DNA of 34,807 nucleotides from a virus (taxonomy: Duplodnaviria > Caudoviricetes), in IMG/VR virus record IMGVR_UViG_3300033067_000317, positions 1-34,807 of that record. One strand, written 5' to 3'. Made by a program: the position numbers and the translations under genes. Positions 23,226 to 31,305 of the stretch are shown here, in pieces (positions within the stretch are counted from its first letter, which is position 1; each line of letters opens with the position of its first letter). The notes under the pieces are model-generated. The model did no database searches. It was given only the letters and a program-made list of their open reading frames with translations, and was not told the origin of the DNA.

Positions 23226-23864
23226 TTACGCCGCACGACGGCGACGAGCAGGTGCTTCTGCTTCTGCTGCGGGGGCAGCGTCAGCGTCTGGTGCACCGTC
23301 TAGGCTCACCCACTCGACAATCTCAAACACCGGGGTGTAGATCTTGCCGTATGACTTGTGGGCATAGCTGTCCTTCTTCAGACGCACGATGGCGACTGGT
23401 TTGGACTGGTCCTTCTCCACCTGATCGGCCAAGGCCACGGCCATTGTCTGCACCGCACGCTTGCCACCCACTGAGGTGACGGTGTAGCGGCACTCAAGGC
23501 CCTTGTCTTCGCCGCTCACGCATTGCAGGCTCATGCCCACTTGCGACTCCCAGCCCTTCTTGGCACCGGCTGGTGCTTCGTCGAGTTCTGGCAGTGGGTT
23601 GGCCACGCTGGTCATCTTCTCGGCCAACACCTCACCGTCACCCCAAGCGATGAAGCCGTGGATGAACGAGAAGGGGTTGATGGCCCATGTGCTGTCTGCC
23701 TCGATCTCGGTCTGCTCTGCACCGAAGACCCAGTGGCCGCCCTTGTCCATCTTGATGATGGCGACGCCACCGGCTGGGCCGACGTCGGCAGCAATGCTGC
23801 GCAGGGAGATGGACAGGGAAGAAACTGCGGGGAGGTTTGCTTTAGAGAATGTTGCGAGTTGCAT
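23226..23864 (-). CDS. putative ssDNA-binding protein
   Basis: 212 aa beta-rich, aromatic (SY.HK.YGKIY.P.F..V.W); sits between the DUF2800 nuclease and PolA where SSBs usually lie; call is mostly positional. Confidence 0.55.
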   Translation of the reverse strand: MQLATFSKANLPAVSSLSISLRSIAADVGPAGGVAIIKMDKGGHWVFGAEQTEIEADSTWAINPFSFIHGFIAWGDGEVLAEKMTSVANPLPELDEAPAGAKKGWESQVGMSLQCVSGEDKGLECRYTVTSVGGKRAVQTMAVALADQVEKDQSKPVAIVRLKKDSYAHKSYGKIYTPVFEIVEWVSLDGAPDADAAPAAEAEAPARRRRAA

Positions 23865-23876
23865 ATCTTACTTTCA

Positions 23877-24992
23877 CTAGAGTTTAGAAAGAGTGGCCCG
23901 AAGGTCACCCAACTGGAGAATGGCTGGCCGGGGATCGCTCTCCGGTGCCATCGTGGTGCCCGACGACACTGCCTTGACGAGATCGTCAGGCAGCGCCATC
24001 TTGCTCTTTTTGAGTTCCTTCTCTGCTTGCGCAGGCGAAATCAACTCTTGTTTCATCGCGTTGATGCCGAGTTCCATCAGTGCGTCAGCGGCCTTCGCCT
24101 CATCGACCCACTGACGCTGTGCACGCTTCTGTACAAGTTTGTACCCTGGCACGGGCATGTTCTTCTCAAGGAGCTGCATCGCCAGACCGCGCAGGTCTTT
24201 GATCCAGTCCTCAAGAAGGTCTGCATTCTTCAGGTAACGACCCAGCGTGTCAACGTCTATTTCTTTGAGTGTTGTTTGCAGTGCACGGTCCACAGCGCCG
24301 GTCATCTTAGGGCAGATCGGCTTGGCTGCGCACCAGCGGCAGTGGTCGCCGTGTTGTATTTTTGCGTCAGGCTGCTGCGCTGCCTTGACGGCCTTTACAA
24401 GCTCACGCTCGAACTGCTCGATACGGGCCTTGTCGGTCACCCAGCGACGCACGACTGGCGGTTGCACAATGATCAGCTCGATCTCAGCTGCACCCTCGAA
24501 CGCCCACGCTGTCTCAGCCGTGCGCATGGCAGCGGCTGCGTAGAACATGAGCTGCTCGTTCTCCTCGGCCGTCACGACAACGCCGTCGCCGAACTTCCAG
24601 TCCAGCACGATGGCCCTGTCGCCGATGCGACCCACAAGGTCGGTCGAGCCGAACACGCCGGGCAGCAGATCGCCAAAGCCGACCCGCGTCTCGACCTCGT
24701 ACATCAGCTCTTTCTTGGGGTCGATCTCGTCGAGCAGCTCCAAGGCCACGACGAGCTTCTCGTCGAGCAGCTCCTGCGTGAGCACTTGGCCCTCGTAGGT
24801 CTTGCCCAGCCATGCGGTGATCGGCTTGCCGTCCTGGTCCAAGAACTCGCTGATGGTGTCGTGCAGCAAGGTGCCACGGTCGGCGTGCTCACTGCTTGGC
24901 TTGGGCGGCATCTTGTTGACGAGCGCCACGCTGCCCGGACAGTTGATGACGCGCTTGGCGGTGCTACCGCCGACGATATTACTGTGCTGCAT
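23877..24992 (-). CDS. DUF2800 / Cas4-like PD-(D/E)XK nuclease
   Basis: CPGS, GTLLH, FGSTD, DWKFG, QLMFYA and CRWC.....C (1+3 Cys Fe-S pattern). Confidence 0.88.
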   Translation of the reverse strand: MQHSNIVGGSTAKRVINCPGSVALVNKMPPKPSSEHADRGTLLHDTISEFLDQDGKPITAWLGKTYEGQVLTQELLDEKLVVALELLDEIDPKKELMYEVETRVGFGDLLPGVFGSTDLVGRIGDRAIVLDWKFGDGVVVTAEENEQLMFYAAAAMRTAETAWAFEGAAEIELIIVQPPVVRRWVTDKARIEQFERELVKAVKAAQQPDAKIQHGDHCRWCAAKPICPKMTGAVDRALQTTLKEIDVDTLGRYLKNADLLEDWIKDLRGLAMQLLEKNMPVPGYKLVQKRAQRQWVDEAKAADALMELGINAMKQELISPAQAEKELKKSKMALPDDLVKAVSSGTTMAPESDPRPAILQLGDLRATLSKL

Positions 24993-25140
24993 CTTCTTCT
25001 TTCGTGCTGACAGTGAAGCTGTCGGGCATCAAGCGGTAGCCGGTCGATTCAAACGAGTTGAAGTTTTGGTCAGGAATGAGGCCGTTGATGTGGGCCAAGA
25101 CAATGCGCTCGATCTCGGCGCGGGTGAACTCTATCTTCAT
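24979..25140 (-). CDS. 53-aa hypothetical protein
   Basis: MKIEFTRAEIERIVLAHINGLIPDQNF...; GGAG RBS; first gene of the leftward replication operon. Confidence 0.65.
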   Translation of the reverse strand: MKIEFTRAEIERIVLAHINGLIPDQNFNSFESTGYRLMPDSFTVSTKEEDAAQ

Positions 25141-25170
25141 GTGAACTCCAGATTAGTTGATGGAGCCTGT

Positions 25171-25218
25171 ATCTTACATGAAAAAAACTTTAGCACAACA
25201 TATTTTTTGATGTATGAT
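25171..25218. promoter_or_regulatory. overlapping divergent promoters
   Basis: Plus strand TTAGCA-17 bp-TATGAT, 6 nt before ATG 25225; minus strand -10 TAAGAT (25176-25171); AT-rich gap between divergent operons. Confidence 0.65.
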
Positions 25219-25224
25219 TTGCAA

Positions 25225-25500
25225 ATGCTAGAAAAACAAGTTGAAGCCTACCTGACCAAGCGCGTCAAAGACGTTGGTGGTCGGGCGTACAAGTTCACCA
25301 GCCCTGCGCATCGGGGCGTGGCAGACAGGATCGTGTGCTTTCCTAACGGCAGCACATGGTTCGTCGAGGTCAAGACTGAGGGCGGCAGGCTCTCGGAGTT
25401 GCAAAAGGTCTTCGCCAATGACATGGCGAAGATGAATCAGAAATACACGTGCCTATGGAACAAGGAGCAAATTGATGAGTTCATTACCGATAACACTTGA
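25225..25500 (+). CDS. VRR-NUC domain nuclease
   Basis: MLEKQVE..L...GG.AYKF.SP..RGVADR...FVEVK...GRLS.LQ; true start is 25225, not 24802. Confidence 0.88.
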   Translation: MLEKQVEAYLTKRVKDVGGRAYKFTSPAHRGVADRIVCFPNGSTWFVEVKTEGGRLSELQKVFANDMAKMNQKYTCLWNKEQIDEFITDNT

Positions 25501-25723
25501 AGAAGACGAAGCGTTTAACGCCTTGGACAAACAGGTCGGCGGCAGCCACTACAAGGACAAGGGCATCCAGCCGATCATTTACATCCACGCCAACGAGCTG
25601 GGCTTTTGCGAGGGCAACGTCGTGAAGTACATCACCCGCTGGCGCGACAAGAACGGCATTGCTGACCTCGAGAAGGCCAAGCACTACATCGAGCTGCTGA
25701 TCGAGCTGGAGCAGACCAAGTGA
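25475..25723 (+). CDS. DUF3310 (SaV-like / T7 gp1.7-related) protein
   Basis: QVGGSHY, FCEGNVVKY..R...KNG..DLEKA..Y motifs. Confidence 0.85.
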   Translation: MSSLPITLEEDEAFNALDKQVGGSHYKDKGIQPIIYIHANELGFCEGNVVKYITRWRDKNGIADLEKAKHYIELLIELEQTK

Positions 25724-27003
25724 AACTGCGTGACTACCAGGAGCAGGCGGCTGACTTCCTGTACCAAAACGACCGGGCGATGATCCTGGCTCCGGTTGGT
25801 GCGGGCAAGACAGCCATCACGCTCACAGCCATGCAGGACATGCTGATCGACGGTCATGTGCGGCGCTGGCTGGTGCTGGCGCCCAAGCGCGTCTGCACAG
25901 ACGTCTGGCCTGTTGAGGCACCGAAGTGGGCTGCTGGCGTCACGCTGGCCGTGGCTGTGGGCACACCAAAGCAGCGCCTCGCTGCCCTGCACGGCAGCGC
26001 TCAGGTCGTGGTCACCAACTACGACAACATCCAGTGGCTGGCCGAGCAGGACGTGCAGTCGTTTGACGGCATCGTGTTCGACGAGCTGACCAAGCTCAAG
26101 AACCCGTCCGGCGCTCGGTTTAAGGCGCTGAACAAAGTGATCGGCAACCTGAACACCCGCTGGGGCCTGACCGGCTCGTTCACCAGCAACGGCCTCGAAG
26201 ACGTGTTTGGCCAGTGCAAGATCGTGGACCAGTCGCTGCTGGGCCGGGCTAAGGGCGCGTTCATGCAGCAGTACTTCGTGTGCACTAACCGCGAGTTCGG
26301 CGACTGGACCCCTCGTCGTGGAGCGCTGGAGCAGGTCATGAGCAAGATCAAGCCAGCCACGTTCGTGTTGGAGCCAGGCGAGTACAAGGACAAGCTGCCG
26401 CCACTGCACACTGTGGAGCTGCGCTGCCAGATGGACATGGCTGACTACAACAAGCTCAAGAAAGAGTTTGTACTGGCGTCACACGACGTGGTGGCGGTCA
26501 ACGCTGCTGTGGTCACGCAGAAGTTGCAGCAGCTGTCGTCCGGCTTTCTGTACACCGACAACGGCCCTGTGTGGACGTCGCCGCACAAGTTCGACCGGCT
26601 TGAAGAATTACTAGAGGAGAACCAACATGCCAACACACTCATCGTTTACCAGTACAAGGAGGAGCTTGCTGAACTCAAGCGCCGCCTCAAGGTCACCACC
26701 TTGGAGGACGACAACGCCATCGAGCGATGGAACCGAGGCGAGGTACGGCTGCTGGCCGTGCATCCTAAGTCGGCGGGCCACGGTCTTAACCTCCAGCACG
26801 GAGGGTGCCATCTGGTATTCCTGTCCTTGCCGTGGAGCCTGGAGCTGTACGAGCAGACCGTTGGGCGCTTGCACCGATCCGGCCAGCAGCGTCCTGTGTG
26901 GTGCTACGTCATGCTGACCGACAAAACTATCGACACAAAGATCTGGACCGCGCTGCATGACAAACAAGACCTGTCCACTATCGCACTGGAGGCACTGAAA
27001 TGA
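25720..27003 (+). CDS. SNF2-family (SF2) helicase
   Basis: LRDYQ Q motif, GAGKT, FDELT, LTGS, GHGLNLQ, Q..GRLHRSGQ. Confidence 0.92.
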   Translation: MKLRDYQEQAADFLYQNDRAMILAPVGAGKTAITLTAMQDMLIDGHVRRWLVLAPKRVCTDVWPVEAPKWAAGVTLAVAVGTPKQRLAALHGSAQVVVTNYDNIQWLAEQDVQSFDGIVFDELTKLKNPSGARFKALNKVIGNLNTRWGLTGSFTSNGLEDVFGQCKIVDQSLLGRAKGAFMQQYFVCTNREFGDWTPRRGALEQVMSKIKPATFVLEPGEYKDKLPPLHTVELRCQMDMADYNKLKKEFVLASHDVVAVNAAVVTQKLQQLSSGFLYTDNGPVWTSPHKFDRLEELLEENQHANTLIVYQYKEELAELKRRLKVTTLEDDNAIERWNRGEVRLLAVHPKSAGHGLNLQHGGCHLVFLSLPWSLELYEQTVGRLHRSGQQRPVWCYVMLTDKTIDTKIWTALHDKQDLSTIALEALK

Positions 27004-27194
27004 AGACCGTAATTGAAATGGCTCGGGAAGTTTACGGCGCACACACCGAGTGGGGGGGCGCACCGCTTGACCGGCTGGAGCAGCTTGTGACGCTTGTCCG
27101 TGCTGACGAGCGTGAGCAAATTATTGATTTGGTGGCAATGTATGGTGGCCCTGTTGATCTGGAAGCAGCCATCCGAGCAAGGAGCAACACATGA
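27000..27194 (+). CDS. hypothetical phage protein
   Basis: 64 aa; LVRADERE...AAIRAR motif; ATGA-coupled. Confidence 0.7.
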   Translation: MKTVIEMAREVYGAHTEWGGAPLDRLEQLVTLVRADEREQIIDLVAMYGGPVDLEAAIRARSNT

Positions 27195-27304
27195 ATTGCC
27201 GCCACAACTGGATACCTATCTGGGAATCTAGCATCAATTACCACCACTACCAATGCACACGCTGCAACAAATTTATTTGGACGCAAAAGAAGGAACCAAA
27301 ATGA
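27191..27304 (+). CDS. 37-aa Cys/His (Zn-finger-like) protein
   Basis: MNCRHNWIPIWESSINYHHYQCTRCNKFIWTQKKEPK; AAGGAG RBS; ATGA overlaps. Confidence 0.65.
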   Translation: MNCRHNWIPIWESSINYHHYQCTRCNKFIWTQKKEPK

Positions 27305-27507
27305 AAATCATCGCAATCATCAAACAACTGTACGCACCACCAAGCCCCGAGTCCATCGCCCTGCGTGAGCTTGAGGAGTCTCGGCGCGAGTTGCTCAGTG
27401 CCCAGACCAGTCAAGAGTACGCAGCCAAAATGGCAGAATTTCACAAGGGCAAGATCAAGCGTTTGACCGCGTTCTTGAAAGAGACGATGGAGGAGGAGCA
27501 ATCATGA
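27301..27507 (+). CDS. hypothetical coiled-coil protein
   Basis: Start at 27301 after AAGGA; PSP...A.RELEE.RR.LL.AQ...EYA. Confidence 0.7.
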   Translation: MKIIAIIKQLYAPPSPESIALRELEESRRELLSAQTSQEYAAKMAEFHKGKIKRLTAFLKETMEEEQS

Positions 27508-27737
27508 AACTCTACACGGCCAAAGTAGCTTTTGATTTTGTACTTGTTGCTGAAAATATAAATGAAGCATTTGCTGTGGCGTTGTCAGAAATGCGTGAAG
27601 CATTTGCAGACCTTGATCGTCACGATGTAGATTTAGACATTGATGAAGGCGCAAATGCTTACAAATGGGATGATGATTGCATCCCGTACGGAGGCGATGG
27701 GAACACGCGAACAAGCAAGTACAAGGAGCAATCATGA
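27504..27737 (+). CDS. acidic hypothetical protein (AT-richer cassette)
   Basis: 77 aa; GGAGGAG RBS; flanked by a 14-bp direct repeat. Confidence 0.7.
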   Translation: MKLYTAKVAFDFVLVAENINEAFAVALSEMREAFADLDRHDVDLDIDEGANAYKWDDDCIPYGGDGNTRTSKYKEQS

Positions 27738-27970
27738 GTAACACAAACACAGGTGGTCCAGCGTTTCCAGTTCTGCACTGGATCAGTGGCGAAAGCACCG
27801 GCGCAGAAGAAGGCATGACCCTGCGTGACTACTTTGCGGCCAAGGCTCTTCCCGGCTTGATGGGACGCGTCTGGTCTAGCCACAAGGGAACCGACGAAGA
27901 GTTGATTGACCTCTGGGCACGCTATTCTTACGACATTGCAGACGCCATGCTGAAAGCGAGGGGCGCATGA
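27734..27970 (+). CDS. conserved phage protein (GGPAFP...GMTLRDYFAAKA...ADAML.AR family)
   Basis: Recognisable motif; start at 27734 after AAGGAG. Confidence 0.8.
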   Translation: MSNTNTGGPAFPVLHWISGESTGAEEGMTLRDYFAAKALPGLMGRVWSSHKGTDEELIDLWARYSYDIADAMLKARGA

Positions 27971-28377
27971 GCAAAGAAGCAATGAAGTTGGCGCGGGAGG
28001 CGTTGATGCGTTCAAGAAAAGCTGTTTCCGGTGATTTGGACTTGGCGGGATGTGCGTATGGAAAAAATGACCCTGACGGACACCGATATGACGATGCAAA
28101 AAGGGCATTGGAAACACTCGATAAAGCCATCACCGCCCTGCGAGAAGCACTGGCGGAGCAGCCAGCACAGCGCAAGCCGCTGACGGATGAGGAGATTGAA
28201 GCGTTGTTGCCTGAACCAGATGGCACGGCTGAAGTTGATTCAGTGCGAGTTCTAGTAGCTCCCGGACTTTATGGAACTGAATACTCAGAAGCAGATGCTT
28301 GGACAAAAGAATCAGTTATTCAAGTAGCCCGAGCCATCGAAGCCGCCCACGGCATCAAGGAGAAGAATGGTGCTTAG
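27967..28377 (+). CDS. modular hypothetical phage protein
   Basis: EAMKLA.EAL / AITALREALAEQPAQ / RKPLTDEEI / ARAIEAAHGIKE segments separated by other sequence. Confidence 0.75.
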   Translation: MSKEAMKLAREALMRSRKAVSGDLDLAGCAYGKNDPDGHRYDDAKRALETLDKAITALREALAEQPAQRKPLTDEEIEALLPEPDGTAEVDSVRVLVAPGLYGTEYSEADAWTKESVIQVARAIEAAHGIKEKNGA

Positions 28378-28624
28378 TATTCGCAAAATTAAAAACCGCC
28401 TGAAAGCCATTCGACCCCGCACTTACACCGCTTCTTGCTGGGTTAAATTGCCCGGTGAAAACTGGAAGGTAATCACGCATACATACGCTTCTCTACACCC
28501 CAAGAAAGTGGTCTTCCCCGTACCTGACGGCGCTCTTGTAGCTTGCATGATGATAGAGCGAGGAGATACAACATTGAAATGTAACTCTTTAAGCTCCGCC
28601 CACGGCATTAAGGAGAACACATGA
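28367..28624 (+). CDS. hypothetical protein (AT-richer cassette)
   Basis: 85 aa; AAGGAG RBS; flanked by a 22-bp near-perfect direct repeat; ends AHGIKE like its upstream neighbour. Confidence 0.6.
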   Translation: MVLSIRKIKNRLKAIRPRTYTASCWVKLPGENWKVITHTYASLHPKKVVFPVPDGALVACMMIERGDTTLKCNSLSSAHGIKENT

Positions 28625-28776
28625 GCAAAGAAGACGCACTCAAGATCATCAAGCTGCTGTCCGCGCTTGAGTCTTGGGGATTCAGCATCAAGGAGCGTTT
28701 GCCCGACTACCTGCACGAGGACTTGTGCAGCGCCGTGGAACTGTTGGACAAGATCGTACTGGAGGAGAAATCATGA
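28621..28776 (+). CDS. 51-aa hypothetical protein
   Basis: MSKEDALKIIKLLSALESWGFSIKERLPDYLHEDLCSAVELLDKIVLEEKS; AAGGAG RBS; ATGA overlaps. Confidence 0.7.
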   Translation: MSKEDALKIIKLLSALESWGFSIKERLPDYLHEDLCSAVELLDKIVLEEKS

Positions 28777-29042
28777 AACAACCTGAAGCCCTGCGACTTG
28801 CTGACATCTTGCAACATAAGCTGCCGAGTATTGAGTGCCTTGAAGTTACCGCAGCCGAACTACGCCGCCTACACGAAGCAAACCAAGCAATGCTTGAGGC
28901 GCTGAAAGACATCAAGTATGGTCTTGAAGGCTCACGCATTTGGGGAGGCGTGGAGTGGTCTTACAACCCATTGCACCCATTCAAGTATTTACCGCTGGTT
29001 GAAAAAGCAAGCGCCGCTATTGCCAAAGGAGAGCAATCATGA
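28773..29042 (+). CDS. modular hypothetical phage protein
   Basis: Start at 28773 after GGAGGAG; QPEALRLAD...AAELRRLH..N..MLEALK...AAIAK. Confidence 0.7.
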   Translation: MKQPEALRLADILQHKLPSIECLEVTAAELRRLHEANQAMLEALKDIKYGLEGSRIWGGVEWSYNPLHPFKYLPLVEKASAAIAKGEQS

Positions 29043-29155
29043 GAGAGCTTGACCCTGAAACATGGCTGATGATCGGCGTGGCTTGGGTACACGGCCTGCT
29101 GGTCGGTTGGGCCATCTGGCGACAGAAAACAAAATACACAACTGAGGACGAATGA
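29039..29155 (+). CDS. 38-aa single-TM protein
   Basis: MRELDPETWLMIGVAWVHGLLVGWAIWRQKTKYTTEDE; AAGGAG RBS; ATGA overlaps. Confidence 0.6.
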   Translation: MRELDPETWLMIGVAWVHGLLVGWAIWRQKTKYTTEDE

Positions 29156-29544
29156 TGGGCGCGACTAACACAGGATTACTGGTCCAAAAAGCATTGGAGG
29201 CTTTTGAGGAGTTCGGCAAACTCACCGCACAGGAGTTTGCCGACTACGCCGACATTGACCGCTACGCCGCACACGCTGTGCTGAACCGCATGATCAAGCG
29301 AACCAAGGCTGGCGAAAAACGAGCTTACATTGTCAGTTGGGTGCACACCCACGACGGCGCAAGACGTTACCCACGGGCGGTGTTCACACTGGGTGACAAA
29401 CTAGACAAACCCAGGCCAAAGCCCAACGCAACCGAAAACCGCAGACGCAGCGAAGCCAAGAGTAACGCCAAGTTCCGCATGAACAGCGTGTTCAACATGG
29501 CGATGACCCGTGAAAAAATCAGAGAGATCAGGAAGTCCCTATGA
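29152..29544 (+). CDS. putative winged-HTH DNA-binding protein
   Basis: G.LTAQEFADYADIDRYAAHAVLNRM followed by a beta wing (YIVSW...RYPRAVF); basic C-terminus. Confidence 0.6.
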   Translation: MMGATNTGLLVQKALEAFEEFGKLTAQEFADYADIDRYAAHAVLNRMIKRTKAGEKRAYIVSWVHTHDGARRYPRAVFTLGDKLDKPRPKPNATENRRRSEAKSNAKFRMNSVFNMAMTREKIREIRKSL

Positions 29545-29702
29545 AGCGTATTGACCAATACAAAGCACGACTGAAGATCGCCAAGAGCGAGATCAAACAC
29601 AAGACGCGGCAACTCAACGCCGCGACCCGCAGCTACAACCGCACCAAAACCCTGATCGACAACCTGGAGAAGAAAATTGAACTACACATGGCGAAGCCTT
29701 AA
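29541..29702 (+). CDS. 53-aa basic coiled-coil protein
   Basis: MKRIDQYKARLKIAKSEIKHKTRQLNAATRSYNRTKTLIDNLEKKIELHMAKP; ATGA overlap. Confidence 0.65.
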   Translation: MKRIDQYKARLKIAKSEIKHKTRQLNAATRSYNRTKTLIDNLEKKIELHMAKP

Positions 29703-29868
29703 CGACGCGCTGGCGACAATGAGCGAGGAGCAGGTCAAGGCACTGCTCGACGAGGAGCTGCTCGGGCAGCGCCGCATCAAGATCATGGAGCGCCTGCACC
29801 AGCGCTACAACACGCTGCGCGTCGCCCGTGAGCGCATCACCATGTTCGCAGGTGCTAAGCGCCTATGA
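29677..29868 (+). CDS. hypothetical protein
   Basis: TTG start after GGAG; WRSLN..L...SEEQV..LL.EE....RR....ERLHQRY..LR..RER. Confidence 0.7.
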   Translation: MNYTWRSLNDALATMSEEQVKALLDEELLGQRRIKIMERLHQRYNTLRVARERITMFAGAKRL

Positions 29869-30194
29869 ACCGCTTCCTGGCTTGGGAGACGCACAACCTC
29901 GCGCGGTTTGCTAACGAGGCCAACGCACGCATACAAGAACTCGAAACTGAACTAAACAACATGAGATCACACGCACCTAAAGTAAGAGAGCTGCTGACGC
30001 TGAATCCTGACGGCATGACACTTAACCGCATCGGCGACGCCACAGGCCTGAACACGGAGACGCTGCGCCGCTGCATCGAGGCCATGCCCGACGTCTACGT
30101 CGACCGTTGGGAGGGCCCTTACCGGGGCCAGTGGGCCGCAGTCTACTGCGTCCATTTGGCACCACCTAACTGCCCGAGGCCCGACCATGCGTAA
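29865..30194 (+). CDS. hypothetical protein with a C-terminal HTH-like domain
   Basis: 109 aa; RELL...PDGMTL..I...TG....TLRR....MPDVYVDRW. Confidence 0.65.
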   Translation: MNRFLAWETHNLARFANEANARIQELETELNNMRSHAPKVRELLTLNPDGMTLNRIGDATGLNTETLRRCIEAMPDVYVDRWEGPYRGQWAAVYCVHLAPPNCPRPDHA

Positions 30195-30657
30195 GCGCAG
30201 CAAGTACCGCCCAAAGGCGCAACTGCAAGACCCGCTGACATGGGTCATTGCGGGCATGAAGCCCGTGCTGACCGCCGCGGATGTCATGAGCAACGTGCGG
30301 ATCAAGAACCACCTGGCGCTGCGCTGCGTGGTGGACGGCACAGCCACTCGCAAGGACATGGACGTGCTGATCGAGGCGTTCAACGTCACCGAGGCGCTGG
30401 CACGGGTTGACGCCAGTCTTGGCCGCGACTGGTCTGATGAGATCAAAGCCGGTCAGGACGCGCTGCTGTCGATGTGCAAGCGAGGCGTCGCCAAGGGTGA
30501 CCGCTTTGTGTTCACCGGGGCCGAGCTGAACGCAGCCAACACCGTCATGGAGATCCATGACGCGCAGCTAGAACGCTGCACAGTCGCGCAGATGGAGAAA
30601 GCACTGCACGAAGTCGTCAAGGACATACGTCTAAAGAAAGCGAGGGCCGTCGTATGA
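30187..30657 (+). CDS. conserved hypothetical phage protein
   Basis: 156 aa; MRKRSKYRPK N-terminus; strong codon bias. Confidence 0.75.
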   Translation: MRKRSKYRPKAQLQDPLTWVIAGMKPVLTAADVMSNVRIKNHLALRCVVDGTATRKDMDVLIEAFNVTEALARVDASLGRDWSDEIKAGQDALLSMCKRGVAKGDRFVFTGAELNAANTVMEIHDAQLERCTVAQMEKALHEVVKDIRLKKARAVV

Positions 30658-30806
30658 CAGCTAAAGTAGGACGCAAGACACACGCCGCCGAGCTGCTGCC
30701 GCCAAGCATCTGGCGCTACCAACTCAAACGGCTGGGCTACTGGATGCTGGCCGTGGTGGCGGTCAGCCTAGCGGCGGGCGTGTGCCTGGCCGTCATGCGA
30801 GCATAG
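30654..30806 (+). CDS. 50-aa protein with C-terminal TM helix
   Basis: MTAKVGRK...WRYQLKRLGYWMLAVVAVSLAAGVCLAVMRA; GAGG RBS; ATGA overlap. Confidence 0.55.
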   Translation: MTAKVGRKTHAAELLPPSIWRYQLKRLGYWMLAVVAVSLAAGVCLAVMRA

Positions 30807-31305
30807 CGCTGGCGCTGGCCTGCACCTCGGCCACACGGCGGCCCCAGCCCTTGCCAAACGTGCCCCACGTCTTGAGGTCCATGAGGAACGACAGACGGCG
30901 CTTGGCGTAGTCCTCCACCAGCTCCTTGGGGTCAAACGCAGCCACGGCGGCCAAGGTCTTGGGGCCGATGCCGCCATCCGGCTCGACGCCGACGCAGGCT
31001 TGCAGCCACTTGGCCGCACGGCCGGAGCCAGAGTTCACAGCAGCGTCGAATACGCAGTAGTCCACGCCAGTGGGCAGCTCGTCGCCCTTGATCTTGTCCC
31101 AGTACTTGACCTTGTACATGGGGGCGACGATCTCGGGCGTGAGCCCGCGCATCGTCTTCTCGTCAACTTCGTGGCCGACCCACTCCTCCCATACGCGCTT
31201 GGTGACGCCGAGGTTGGTCATGCCGCCAGGATCAGCCGGGTGGTTGACGTAGCCGCCCTCGTGGTGGAGGATGGCCTTCAGGGCCGCGTCGAAGTTGTCT
31301 TTCAT
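30793..31305 (-). CDS. endolysin, glycoside hydrolase family 108 with C-terminal peptidoglycan-binding domain
   Basis: HEGGYVNHPADPGGMTNLGVT, FDAAVNSG, DGGIGPKTL, FGKGW.RR; start at 31305. Confidence 0.92.
   Translation of the reverse strand: MKDNFDAALKAILHHEGGYVNHPADPGGMTNLGVTKRVWEEWVGHEVDEKTMRGLTPEIVAPMYKVKYWDKIKGDELPTGVDYCVFDAAVNSGSGRAAKWLQACVGVEPDGGIGPKTLAAVAAFDPKELVEDYAKRRLSFLMDLKTWGTFGKGWGRRVAEVQASASAMLA

Noticed and set aside
23877-24992. CRISPR-associated cas4
   Set aside because: Stand-alone DUF2800-type nuclease in a standard phage replication module; no cas1/cas2 or array.
24802-25224. N-terminal extension of the VRR-NUC ORF to 232 aa
   Set aside because: Overlaps two minus-strand genes and the divergent promoter; the VRR-NUC domain starts at ATG 25225.
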